DNA of 64,000 nt from Acidobacteriota bacterium (GTDB lineage: Bacteria; Acidobacteriota; UBA6911; RPQK01; JAJDTT01): positions 672,001 to 736,000 of the forward strand of contig OZ253580.1 in NCBI GenBank assembly GCA_965263035.1. Reading direction: 5' to 3'. Positions 9,447 to 19,464 of the stretch are shown here, one piece after another. A model generated the notes under the pieces. It had not been told where the DNA came from. It did not search any database and saw nothing but the letters and a program-made list of their open reading frames with translations. Numbering within the stretch: position 1 is the stretch's first letter; every line of letters starts with the position of its first letter. The translations under genes and the position numbers were made by a program.

Positions 9447-12400
9447 CTAACCTGGCGCATCCTGAGGGGCAGGATCCAGGGATGACGACGGGTCGCTGGC
9501 TTGCCAGCTCCGCCTGAGCCACATGGTCAAGTCGTCGAAGAGGGTGTAGTAGGTGGGCAGCACCACCAGAGTCAGCACCGTGGAGGCGATGAGACCCCCC
9601 ATGACGGTGCGGGCCATGGGAAAGTACCGCATGTCGAACAGGCTGCTGTAACTGTAGGCCAGCGGGATCAGGCCCACCACCGTGGTGGTCGCCGTCATCA
9701 CGATGGGACGAAAACGATCGCGGCAACCCTCCAGAATGGCGCGGCGACGGTCGATGCCCCGGCGGCGAAGGGTGTTGATATGGTCGATGAGGACGATGCC
9801 GTTGTTCACCACGATGCCGATGAGCACCAGGCATCCGATCTTGGCCATCAGATTGAAGGGCGTCCCGGTGATGAGCAGAAAGCCGGCGATTCCCACCACC
9901 GAAAAGGGCAGCGAGAGCATGATGGCCAGGGGATGAGTCAGGGATTCGAACAGCGCGGCCATGACGAAGTAGACCATGAAGAGCGCCAGCAGGATGTTGA
10001 AGATCCACTCTTGATTCTGCTGCTGGCCCCGTCTGGTCCAGAAACCCAGCGACCACCCATAGCCGTCCGGGTAGTCCAACCCATCCATGACCGCCTTCAC
10101 TTGCTCGATGCCCTCGTCCCTCTTGTCTCCCGTGTAGGTGACGAAGAGGTTGGAATAGGTCTGCCGATCCTCCCTCTGGAGCCGTGCCGCCACCTTCTCG
10201 ACCCGAAGGTCGGCGACCTGAGACAAGAGAATCTCCTCACCCTCGTCTCCATAACCCACCACCGCCGCGCGCAGGTCCTCCAGTCCACTCCGATCCTCCG
10301 GCCGTAGCCGGATGATGACATCCACCTCCCCCTCCGCCGTGCGAAAGCCCCGAACTTGCCGGCCTCGCATCAGGATGCCCAGAATCTCGGAGACGGATTG
10401 GGAGGAGACGCCGTAGCGGCGGGCCAGATCCCGGCGCAAGCGGATCTGAACCTCCTCGCGCGTGCTGTCCCGAGGCGCCGACACCTGGGAAAAGTCCTGG
10501 TGTTCCCGAAGGCGGGTCCGGGCCTCACGCAGCAGTCCGTCCAGGACTCGATGATCGTCGCCATAGAGGCTCACATTGATCCCTTCCCGATTCTGCCTTC
10601 CACTCTGGCCGGACAACTCGATCCGGCAACCCGGTATCACGGGGAGACCGCTCGAGATCTTCCGGCGGATCTCCTCCATCTCTTCCAGCCCGACCTCATC
10701 GCCATGGAAATAGATTTCGGTCGACGCATTGTTGTTGGAGAAGGAACTGAAGACCTGGTCGATCTTGAAGGCCTCCCTGTTCTCCGCAAGAAAGGACTCG
10801 ACCGGATCGACGTAGTCCTTCTCGATCTTGGCGTAGTGATAGTTCTCGGTGAATTCATACCGGATCTGGAAGCTGCCCGGCTCCTGAGCGTCGGGAGCGT
10901 TGTCGGGAACCAGGTTGAGAAGCATCCAGCCGGAGCCGGCGACCGCCAGCGGAACCAGCAGGCCCCCGACCAGGACCCGGTGTCTCAGGGGCCAGGCGAC
11001 GAGTCTCAGGTAGAAATCCATGATCCGCCAGAGGTCCGGTTCCCGCCGTTCCCCGGCGCCCGGCCCGTCATCGCCACCTCCGGTGGGCGACGGTTTGGCG
11101 GCGGCGGGACCCACGTCCAGCTTCAGGAAGCGTCCCATGGCCACTGGGATCAGGGTCAGAGAGAGAAACAGGGAACAAAGGAGTGCGAAGATGATGGCCA
11201 GTCCACAGTGGCGAAGCCAGAAGCTGAGAAAGCTCTCGGCGCCAAAGACCAGGGGAACGAAAATGATGATGGAAGTGAGGGTGGCTGCAATCACCGCCAT
11301 TTGCACCTCCTGGGTTCCCCGTTTGACCGCCTCCAGGCGATCCACACCCTGCTCCAGTTTCCGATAGATCGATTCCAGCACCACGATGGCATTGTCCACC
11401 AGCATTCCGGTGGCCAGCATGAGGCCCATCATGGAGAGGACGTTCAGGCTCAGGCCTCCGAAATACAGGAACCCGACACTCCCGACCAGCGAGAAGGGGA
11501 TGGCCAGAGCGACCGCCATGGCCGCCCTCCATTTGCGAAGGAAGAGGATCAGAACGCCTAGAGCCAGGAGTGCGCCTACGGTCCCGGCCGTGAGGAGACC
11601 CTTGAGGGCCTTGACGATCTCGTCGCCGGCGTTCCGGAGGTATTCGAACTGGATTCCCTTCAAGGCGGGATCCGACCTGATCTTCTCCAACTCCTCCTCC
11701 ACACCTCGCACCGTCGTGACAGTGTTGGCCTCGGCGGCCTTGCGAACCCAGAGCCCCACCGCGTACTCGCCGTTGAGGTGCTGGCTGGCATGGGCCACGG
11801 GACTCTCGTAGCTCACATTGGCGACGTTCTCCAGCCGAAGGCCCCGCTCGTTCACGGGGAAGACTTTGAAGTCCGTCAGAGACCGGAACATTCCCCGGGT
11901 CATGGCTCCGTAGCGGACTCCGCCGTCCGTGAACCTGCCCAGGGAGCGGTCCAGGTTGATGCCGGACAGGTTTCGGAAGAGCCGGCCCACGTCCACCCGG
12001 TACCTTCTGAGTTCATCCAGACGCAGATACACGCCGATTTCGGGTCTCTGGGTTCCGAAGAGCTCCGCTTCGGCCACCCCCGGGACCCGTTCGATCCGTC
12101 TTCTGACCTTCAGGTCCAGAAACTCGTAGGCGGTCTGCAAGTTCCTCCCGGACGCGATCCGCAGTCCCAGGATGGGCTGGTCGTCGGTACTGAAGTTGAC
12201 CACCTCGATCCGCTCCACGTCTTCCGGAAGCTCACCGCGGATCCGCTCCACCTTCTCCCTGACCTCTCCGCGGAGCCGTTGCACGTCCATTCCCATGTCG
12301 AAGAAGGTTTGTACCCCGGCCATGCCGCTGCTGGAGAAAGACTGCATCCATTGAACTCCAGAGACCGTGCTCACGACCTCTTCCACCGGTTTGGTAATGG

Positions 12401-12641
12401 TCTCCAGGACGTGAGCCGGCGTGGCGTTGGGATAGGGGACCCGCACCATCACAAAGGGGAAGTCCAGGTTGGGAAACAACACCAGGGGAATCTTGAACAG
12501 GGACACCACTCCGACCAGGAGCAGCAAGGAAAAAACGGCACAGATGGTCACCGGATAGCGGACCGAGAAACTGGCCAGCGCCGACGAGTTCGCGCGGCCA
12601 ATCGGATTCGATGACGAGTTCGGCTTCCGGTCAACCTGCAT
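9447..12641 (-). CDS. RND efflux permease (AcrB/AcrD/AcrF family), subunit 2
   Basis: RYPVT N-terminus, GMLVDNAIVVLE, GIVVNNGIVLID, RFRPIVMT. The ATG at 12641 lies 11 nt inside the 3' end of the upstream gene. Confidence 0.92.
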   Translation of the reverse strand: MQVDRKPNSSSNPIGRANSSALASFSVRYPVTICAVFSLLLLVGVVSLFKIPLVLFPNLDFPFVMVRVPYPNATPAHVLETITKPVEEVVSTVSGVQWMQSFSSSGMAGVQTFFDMGMDVQRLRGEVREKVERIRGELPEDVERIEVVNFSTDDQPILGLRIASGRNLQTAYEFLDLKVRRRIERVPGVAEAELFGTQRPEIGVYLRLDELRRYRVDVGRLFRNLSGINLDRSLGRFTDGGVRYGAMTRGMFRSLTDFKVFPVNERGLRLENVANVSYESPVAHASQHLNGEYAVGLWVRKAAEANTVTTVRGVEEELEKIRSDPALKGIQFEYLRNAGDEIVKALKGLLTAGTVGALLALGVLILFLRKWRAAMAVALAIPFSLVGSVGFLYFGGLSLNVLSMMGLMLATGMLVDNAIVVLESIYRKLEQGVDRLEAVKRGTQEVQMAVIAATLTSIIIFVPLVFGAESFLSFWLRHCGLAIIFALLCSLFLSLTLIPVAMGRFLKLDVGPAAAKPSPTGGGDDGPGAGERREPDLWRIMDFYLRLVAWPLRHRVLVGGLLVPLAVAGSGWMLLNLVPDNAPDAQEPGSFQIRYEFTENYHYAKIEKDYVDPVESFLAENREAFKIDQVFSSFSNNNASTEIYFHGDEVGLEEMEEIRRKISSGLPVIPGCRIELSGQSGRQNREGINVSLYGDDHRVLDGLLREARTRLREHQDFSQVSAPRDSTREEVQIRLRRDLARRYGVSSQSVSEILGILMRGRQVRGFRTAEGEVDVIIRLRPEDRSGLEDLRAAVVGYGDEGEEILLSQVADLRVEKVAARLQREDRQTYSNLFVTYTGDKRDEGIEQVKAVMDGLDYPDGYGWSLGFWTRRGQQQNQEWIFNILLALFMVYFVMAALFESLTHPLAIMLSLPFSVVGIAGFLLITGTPFNLMAKIGCLVLIGIVVNNGIVLIDHINTLRRRGIDRRRAILEGCRDRFRPIVMTATTTVVGLIPLAYSYSSLFDMRYFPMARTVMGGLIASTVLTLVVLPTYYTLFDDLTMWLRRSWQASDPSSSLDPAPQDAPG

Positions 12642-15600
12642 TTCTGGATGGCTCCGCCTTTCGGTCCAGGCCCTCATAAAGCACTGGCACCAGGATCAAT
12701 GTCAGGAGCGTGGCGAAGAGCAGTCCGCCCATGACGGTGACGGCCATGGGGGCTCGCACCTCCGATCCCTCGCCCCAACCCAGGGACATGGGAAGCAGTC
12801 CCAAAACAGTCGTCAGGGTGGTCATGAGGATGGGCCGCAGCCGCACTCGCCCCGCCTCGACCAGGGCCTCCCGGCGACCCAACCCCGTGCGGCGGAGTTG
12901 ATTGGTGTAGTCGATCAGGACGATTCCGTTGTTGACCACGATCCCGACCAGGATGATCACGCCCAGCAAGACCATGACGCTGACGGTGGATCCGGTCACG
13001 AAAAGGGCGGCCACCACACCGACCAGGGCCACCGGCACCGTGAACAGGATGACGAGCGGGTGGACCAGGGACTCGAATTGCGACGCCATCACCAGATAGA
13101 CCAGGAGTACCGCCAGAGCCAGGGCGAAGAGCAGACTGCTCCGGGAACGGTCGTACTCCTGGTGTTGCCCCCCCAGAGTCACCACCGCATCGGGCGGTAG
13201 CTCCCGGGACATGCCGGAGAGTTCGGCCTCGATCTGCCGGGAGACGGTGCCCAGGTCGGCGCCCGTCAAGTTGGCCGAAACCACGGCCGCGCGTTGGGAA
13301 CCCATCCGGCGTATCTCACCGGGTCCCCGCGACAACTGCACCTGGGCCACGGATCCCAACCGGATCGGCACTTGGGAATTCTCTTCCTCGCTGTCGGATT
13401 CCACCTCAGTCCGCGCCGGATTCGAATTGGACTGCGTTCCACCCGCGCCGAAGCGGGAACCTCCCACGCCGGACCGCGCGGTGTCTGCGGCGCCACCCCG
13501 GTTCCCGCCGGCGCCGTCCATCCGAGTGTTGATGACTAGATCGCGAATATCCTGAATCGCGTTCCGATCCGATTCGGCCGCCTGGACGAGAATGTCGAGC
13601 TGTCTCTCCTGGTCCCGGTAGCGAGAGGCCACCTCGCCGCGGATCTTGCTCCTCAGGATCTCAGCCGCCTGACCTTCGTCCAGGCCCAGCCGAGCCAATT
13701 GCTCCCGCCGAAACCTGATCTGGACCTCGGGGTTCCCCAATCGGGTCGAACTCTGAACATCGGCCAAGCCGTCGATCCCGGAAAGCCGAGCCATCACTTT
13801 CTCGGCGATGCTCCGCTGCTCCGCGAGGTCGTAGCTGTAGATCTCCACCTCCACCGGCTGTCTGAAGCTGAACAGGGTGGGACGGCCGAACAGGTGGGTA
13901 AGTCCCGGATATTGTCCCAGCAGACTCCTGGTGCGGCCGATCACACGCTCCTCGCCCGCCTTGTCGCGGCCGTCCTGCATGGAGACGTGAATCCAGCCCC
14001 GGTGCTCCTCGAGCGGACCCGTCGCGAACTGGTCATCGGCCCCTCCTCCCACGCTGGAGAAGACGGTGTCCACCCCGTCCAGCGCCAACACCTGGCTCTC
14101 GACCTCCCGGATGATCCGATCGGTCTCTTCCAAAGGCTTTCCTTGGGGAAGCTGGATCTCAAAGGAGAACTTTCCCTGAACCAGGGATGGGATCAACTCG
14201 GTGCCGAGGAACTGGGCCAAACCGGCGCTGACACCCACCAGGCCCAAGGTGAGAGCCAATACGCTCCCCTTGTGGTCGAGAGACCAGGCCAGGAAGCGGG
14301 GATAGGTTCGCCGCAGAGACTCGAAGCCGGAATCGAACCGCCCCAGCAAGGGGTTCAGGGGTATCAGCAGGCCTCTCCCCAGAGTCCTGAGCAAACGTCT
14401 CAGGTCGCCAACGACGACGAGAATCAGATCCACGGTGAGGAACTTCCAGACCCGCGCCCCGCCGCGTCCCGCGGCTCGGAACAGACGCGCCAGCCGGGCT
14501 TCCTCGCCGCCTGCCGCCGGGACCTGCCCGTTGCCGGACCGGGGGACCGGTTCCACCGCGATCCGCCGCCGGGACAGGAGCATGGGAATGACGGTGAGGG
14601 CGACGGCCAGGGAGGCGAGGAGGGAGTAGGTGATGGTCAGGGCCTGATCCTTGAAGAGCTGGCCCGCAATCCCCTCCACGAAGATCAGGGGCAGAAAGAC
14701 GGCCACCGTGGTCAAAGTCGACGCCGCCACGGCCTGCCCCACCTCTCGGGTGCCCTGATAGACGGCCTCCGCCAAGTCCCGGTTCCGCCTTCGGTGCCGG
14801 TGGATCGATTCCAGCACCACGATGGAATTGTCCACCAGCATGCCGACTCCCAAGGCCACTCCGCCCAGCGACATGATGTTCAGGGTCACGCCGGTCTGGT
14901 ACATCAAGGTAAACGTGGCCATGACGGAAATCGGGATGGAGAGGCCGATGGTGGCGGTGCTGCGAAGGTCCCGAAGAAAGACGAACAGGACGAACGTCGC
15001 CAGCAATCCTCCCAGGAGGGCCGCCGCCGCCACGTTCCGGACCGCCAGACTGATGAACTGCGCCTGGTCGTAGACGATCTCGTGGGTCAACTCGCCGGGA
15101 TAGGTCTTCTGCTGCTTGAGCTTCTCCAGGCGTTCTCTCACCGCCTCGGAAACCGCCACCGCGTTGGCGTCGCCTTCCTTGTAGATGCGCAGCTCCACAC
15201 TCTCCCGGCCGTTGAAGCGGGATATGACCTCCCGCTCCTTGGTCCCCCGCCAGACTCTGGCCACGTCTCCCAGAACCACTTGGCGTCCATCCAGATTCCG
15301 AACGATGAGGTTCCGAATCTCCTCGACCGATTGGAACTCGTTGAGCACCCGGACCAGATAGTTGGCGTCCAGGTCATACAGGCTCCCGCTCGCCTGATTG
15401 AGGTTCGCCTCGCGAATGACGCTGCTGACCTCGCTGATTGGAAGGTTCAGCTCGGCCAGCCGTTTCTCGTCGATCTCGATCCGGATCTGCTCCTCGCGGC
15501 CGCCGGCCACTTTGACCGCCGCCACTCCCGAAGTCGATTCCAGACCTTGCTTCACCTTTCGCTCCGCCAGGTCCCGGACTCGGCTGAGGGGGGCGTCCCC

Positions 15601-16026
15601 ATACAGATGGAGCCTCATGACCGGGTCATAGGCGGGATCGAAGCGCAGGATCACCGGCTTCTCCGCGTCCGTCGGGAGGTTGGCCAGATCCAGCTTCTCC
15701 CTCACGTCCATGACCGCCAGGTCCATGTCCGTGTCCCAGCCGAATTCCAGGATGACTTCCGATTGGCCCGGCCGGGAAATCGAGCTGATCCGGGAGAGAC
15801 CCGGAACCACCCCGACGTTCTCCTCGACGGGACGGGTGACCAGCGCCTCGACTTCTTCCGGAGCCGCGTCCTCGAACTCGGTCTGAATCGTCAATGAGGG
15901 ATAGGAGATGTCGGGCAGGAGATCCAGCGAGAGGCGATCGACCGAAACCGCTCCGAAGAGACAGACGGCCACCACGAACATGGAGACGGTGACCGGGCGG
16001 CGGATCGCGGTCCTGACGATTCTCAT
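12631..16026 (-). CDS. RND efflux permease (AcrB/AcrD/AcrF family), subunit 1
   Basis: RRPVT, GMLVDNSIVVLE, GIVVNNGIVLID, RLRPILMTT. Confidence 0.93.
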   Translation of the reverse strand: MRIVRTAIRRPVTVSMFVVAVCLFGAVSVDRLSLDLLPDISYPSLTIQTEFEDAAPEEVEALVTRPVEENVGVVPGLSRISSISRPGQSEVILEFGWDTDMDLAVMDVREKLDLANLPTDAEKPVILRFDPAYDPVMRLHLYGDAPLSRVRDLAERKVKQGLESTSGVAAVKVAGGREEQIRIEIDEKRLAELNLPISEVSSVIREANLNQASGSLYDLDANYLVRVLNEFQSVEEIRNLIVRNLDGRQVVLGDVARVWRGTKEREVISRFNGRESVELRIYKEGDANAVAVSEAVRERLEKLKQQKTYPGELTHEIVYDQAQFISLAVRNVAAAALLGGLLATFVLFVFLRDLRSTATIGLSIPISVMATFTLMYQTGVTLNIMSLGGVALGVGMLVDNSIVVLESIHRHRRRNRDLAEAVYQGTREVGQAVAASTLTTVAVFLPLIFVEGIAGQLFKDQALTITYSLLASLAVALTVIPMLLSRRRIAVEPVPRSGNGQVPAAGGEEARLARLFRAAGRGGARVWKFLTVDLILVVVGDLRRLLRTLGRGLLIPLNPLLGRFDSGFESLRRTYPRFLAWSLDHKGSVLALTLGLVGVSAGLAQFLGTELIPSLVQGKFSFEIQLPQGKPLEETDRIIREVESQVLALDGVDTVFSSVGGGADDQFATGPLEEHRGWIHVSMQDGRDKAGEERVIGRTRSLLGQYPGLTHLFGRPTLFSFRQPVEVEIYSYDLAEQRSIAEKVMARLSGIDGLADVQSSTRLGNPEVQIRFRREQLARLGLDEGQAAEILRSKIRGEVASRYRDQERQLDILVQAAESDRNAIQDIRDLVINTRMDGAGGNRGGAADTARSGVGGSRFGAGGTQSNSNPARTEVESDSEEENSQVPIRLGSVAQVQLSRGPGEIRRMGSQRAAVVSANLTGADLGTVSRQIEAELSGMSRELPPDAVVTLGGQHQEYDRSRSSLLFALALAVLLVYLVMASQFESLVHPLVILFTVPVALVGVVAALFVTGSTVSVMVLLGVIILVGIVVNNGIVLIDYTNQLRRTGLGRREALVEAGRVRLRPILMTTLTTVLGLLPMSLGWGEGSEVRAPMAVTVMGGLLFATLLTLILVPVLYEGLDRKAEPSRNAG

Positions 16027-16036
16027 CGGCTGGCGG

Positions 16037-17251
16037 TCACTGGCCTTGGCCGGTTACCCGGACCTTGGAGCCCTCGTTCAACTGGCCGTGACCGGCCACC
16101 ACGAGCGGGTCGCCGGGGTCGACGCCCTCCAGGACTTCGACCTCCTGGTCCCGCTGATAGCCCAGGCGCACGGGACGCCGGTGGGCCACTCCATCCCGGA
16201 CCAGGAAGACGAAACTCTCGCCGTCCTGCTCCCGAAGCGCCCTTCTGGGGACGATGGTGGCCTGCTCCCGAGTGTCGGTGCGGATGTCCACCCGGACAAA
16301 GGCTCCCGGCTTGAAGAAGGAATCGGAGGAGACCAATTCGATGGTGACCTTGACCGTTCCGGTGGACTCGTCCACGACGGGGCTGATGCGGATCACCCGT
16401 CCCTGGCTCGACTCCGTCCCGCCGGCGTCGAGCGCGACCGCCGCCGCCTGTCCGGGACGCACCAGGCGGGCTTCCCGCTCGGCCACGTGGACGTCGGCAT
16501 ACAGGGGAGAAAAGGCGCCCAACCGGAACAACGCGTCCGATCCGCGGACCGTCTGGCCAAGCTCCACGGTCCGCCGGGTGAGGTGGCCGGAAAAGGGGGC
16601 ACGAAGCTCACTGCGGGAGATCTCCAACTGGACCTGCTCGATTTCGGTTTCCAGCTCGCTGACCCGGTGGGTGAACTCCCTCACCTCGGAAGCGGCGGCG
16701 CGCTCGTCGTGCTCCAATTCGGCGATCCGGTAGCGGAGCGTGGCCACCTCCTCCTCGCTGACCAGGTCATCGGCGTAGGCCCGCTCCTTCCGGTCCAACT
16801 CCAAGGCTGTGTTCTTGATCTGGACCTGGGCCTTCTGTCCCCGGATCCGGGCCTTCTCCAACTGGATTCGGGTCTGCGACACCTTCTCCTCGGTGAGCCG
16901 GCGGCGGATCACCAACTCCCGGTCGTCCAGGACACACAGAAGCTGTCCCTCTTGGACATAATCGCCCTCTTCGGCCGAAACGCTGCGCACGGTCCCTTCC
17001 GTCTGGGCCATGAGATCCACTTCACGAAGGGCCCTCAGGTTGGAGGTCGAGGTCAGGAACGAGGAGATGGAACCCTGACGCACTCGCTCCAACTGGACCG
17101 GGATCGCCCCTTCATCCGATTTTTCCTCTTGAGAGGCATCGGCGGACGGATTATTGGAGTCCTGGTCCAGGTAGGGATATCCAAAGTGCCAAGCGGCGGC
17201 GAGAATCGCGACAATAGCCAGGAAACCGTAGACCTTCACCCGGATTTTCAT
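16037..17251 (-). CDS. RND efflux periplasmic adaptor (membrane fusion protein)
   Basis: N-terminal TM anchor, lipoyl/hairpin region (EEGDYVQEGQLL, LRAPFSG), ISPVVDESTGT; first gene of the RND operon. Confidence 0.9.
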   Translation of the reverse strand: MKIRVKVYGFLAIVAILAAAWHFGYPYLDQDSNNPSADASQEEKSDEGAIPVQLERVRQGSISSFLTSTSNLRALREVDLMAQTEGTVRSVSAEEGDYVQEGQLLCVLDDRELVIRRRLTEEKVSQTRIQLEKARIRGQKAQVQIKNTALELDRKERAYADDLVSEEEVATLRYRIAELEHDERAAASEVREFTHRVSELETEIEQVQLEISRSELRAPFSGHLTRRTVELGQTVRGSDALFRLGAFSPLYADVHVAEREARLVRPGQAAAVALDAGGTESSQGRVIRISPVVDESTGTVKVTIELVSSDSFFKPGAFVRVDIRTDTREQATIVPRRALREQDGESFVFLVRDGVAHRRPVRLGYQRDQEVEVLEGVDPGDPLVVAGHGQLNEGSKVRVTGQGQ

Positions 17252-17447
17252 TGCGGACCACGAGAGGAGCCGCCGATAGCTGGTGAATTCCAAACCGGGG
17301 CGGCGCTTCGGGATTCAGAATACTATACGACACGCCGAGTCTGTTCGTTCCCTGGGAACCGGAATCCCAGGCCTCGCTCTTCCGGTTTCCTGACCCGAAG
17401 CGTCAGGTGGTACGATCGCTCCCATATTCCCCGATGAGGAGGCCTCC

Positions 17448-19091
17448 ATGAAGGATCCGTTTCACCGACCCGCCCTGGCGATAAACGTCCTGGTGCCGGC
17501 GGTCCTGATGCTGTTGGTTCCGGTCCGGGCGCACGAGAGCACCCGGGCCGCCTTTCTCAAGCGGCACAACGTCGCCGCCCTGGCGCGTCCCGTGGGAACC
17601 GGGGCCTTGGCCGGTCACGAGGTCTGCAAACTGAAGGTGGCCCTGACGGAGGAGGGATCCGGGGTCGAGCTCCCCGGGTTGATCCGGGTCACCCCCGAAG
17701 GCCGGGAGGAGGCGCTGGAGCTCCCGGGGCTCTTTCACCGGGCTCGAGGCTGGCACACGCTGCCTCCGTCCGCCGAGATTGCGGTGCCCCGGACCCGGCT
17801 CCGGATCGAGGCGCTGCATGGATTGGAGACGGAGAAGACGGAACGGTCCTGGGATCTGTCCGGGAAGAACCGGGCGGAGATCCAGTTGCCTCTTCGCCGC
17901 ATTTACGACCCGCGGGCCAAAGGGCTGAAGTCCGGCAATACCCATCTCCACCTCATGAACGTCACCTTCCGGGACGCCGAGCGCTACTTGCGCGAGGTCC
18001 CCCTGGGGGACGGCCTGGATCTCCTGTTCGTCTCCTACCTGCGGAGGATGCCGGACGAGGCGCGCTATACGACCAACGGGTTCACCCGAAGGGATCTGGA
18101 ACGGCTTTCCGGGGACGGGATCGTCCTGGGCTGGGGCGAAGAGCACCGCCACAACTTCGGCCGCGGAGAGCAGGGGTACGGCCACGTGATGCTCCTGAAT
18201 CTGCTCAAGCTGATTCGCCCGGTGAGCATCGGAGCCGGAATCATGGGTGCGGGCACCGATGGACGCCCCCTGCAGACCGGGATCGTGCAGGCCCGGGCGG
18301 ACGGCGGCACTGTCATCTGGTGTCACAATGCCAACGGTCTGGAGGACATCCCCAATTGGATGGCCGGTCAGGTGGACGCCCAGAACATCTTCGACGGCGG
18401 AGCGGAATCGGAGTACGACGAGACCTACTACCGCTACCTGAACCTGGGACTGAAGACGCCGTTCTCGACCGGGACCGACTGGTTCATGTACGACTTCGCC
18501 CGGGTCTACGTACCGCTTGAGGGACCGGTCACGGAGCCGGAATGGCTGAAGGTCCTCTCCCAGGGACGCTCCTACATCACCAACGGCCCCTTCCTGGAAT
18601 TGGATGCGGGGGGACGTCAGCCCGGCAGTACCGTCTCTCTGGCCGGGAAAGAGACGGTGCGGGTCCGGGGCCGGGGAGTGGGGCGCCTGGATTTCACGGC
18701 TCTGGAACTGATCGTCAATGGCCGCGTCGTCCATTCCGTATCGAGTCGGCCCTCGGGAGACCACTTCGTGGCCGACCTGGACTTTCCATTGGAGGTTTCC
18801 GAGCCCGGATGGGTGGCTCTACGAATCCCTCGCGAACTCCCCGACAACGAGCTGGCCCGTCCTCTTTTCGCCCACACCAGCCCCGTTTACCTCCAGCTGG
18901 AAGACCGGTCCGTCTTCCAGCCCGAGGTCGCCCGATCGCTGTTGTCGGAGATGGAGGAGAGCGTGGCGAAGATTCGCTCCCGGGCTTCGTTCTCCAGTGC
19001 CCGGGACCGGGAATCGGTGCTTCGAGTCTACCGGGAGGGCATCCGGATCCTGAACCGGCGGCTGGCGGATTTCAGAAACGTCCCCCACTGA
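17448..19091 (+). CDS. Secreted CehA/McbA-family (PHP-like) metallohydrolase
   Basis: Signal-like N-terminus; SGNTHLH, GEEHRH, YGHV, WCH, STGTD, SYITNGP, AHTSPVY motifs. Confidence 0.75.
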   Translation: MKDPFHRPALAINVLVPAVLMLLVPVRAHESTRAAFLKRHNVAALARPVGTGALAGHEVCKLKVALTEEGSGVELPGLIRVTPEGREEALELPGLFHRARGWHTLPPSAEIAVPRTRLRIEALHGLETEKTERSWDLSGKNRAEIQLPLRRIYDPRAKGLKSGNTHLHLMNVTFRDAERYLREVPLGDGLDLLFVSYLRRMPDEARYTTNGFTRRDLERLSGDGIVLGWGEEHRHNFGRGEQGYGHVMLLNLLKLIRPVSIGAGIMGAGTDGRPLQTGIVQARADGGTVIWCHNANGLEDIPNWMAGQVDAQNIFDGGAESEYDETYYRYLNLGLKTPFSTGTDWFMYDFARVYVPLEGPVTEPEWLKVLSQGRSYITNGPFLELDAGGRQPGSTVSLAGKETVRVRGRGVGRLDFTALELIVNGRVVHSVSSRPSGDHFVADLDFPLEVSEPGWVALRIPRELPDNELARPLFAHTSPVYLQLEDRSVFQPEVARSLLSEMEESVAKIRSRASFSSARDRESVLRVYREGIRILNRRLADFRNVPH

Positions 19092-19167
19092 GAGATCCGG
19101 CTCGAGCGTCGCGGTCCCGTCGAAGATCTCCCTCGCCGAGCACTCCCCAGAAAAATGTAGGGACGAC

Positions 19168-19261
19168 TTGAAGGGGCGACTTCCAGCCGCCCCTTCCTCC
19201 CCCGTGCGCTCATTCCCCCAGGCTTCGTCCGGAGTTCGGCGGTTGGAAACCGCCGCTTCCC
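19168..19261. repeat. REP/BIME-like pair of short palindromes
   Basis: GAAGGGGCGAC..CGCCCCTTC plus TCCGGAGTTCGGCGGTTGGAAACCGCCG; a near-identical arrangement occurs at 58096-58170. Confidence 0.6.
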
Positions 19262-19464
19262 GCACCCGGTTTCCAGCTCCTCCCAAAGAGACGGTGTTTA
19301 CTATCAGTAGACAATTTTTCTCTATTGATAGTAAAAACTTCGCCACGGACCCCAAAATGACCACACAGGAAGGGTGATTCACCTGGCGCCGAACTGCCTC
19401 TCCCGGTTGTCGGTTCGGGATCTTGAATTTGCGATTCGGAATTTTCGCCCTATGATGGTGCGTC

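Noticed and set aside
13699-17437. Long plus-strand ORFs 13699-15897 and 15908-17437
   Set aside because: Antisense shadows of the RND genes, expected in high-GC coding DNA; no recognisable motifs.
19405-19447. Weak heptamer periodicity (TTCGGGA/TTTGCGA/TTCGGAA)
   Set aside because: Too short and degenerate to support a feature.
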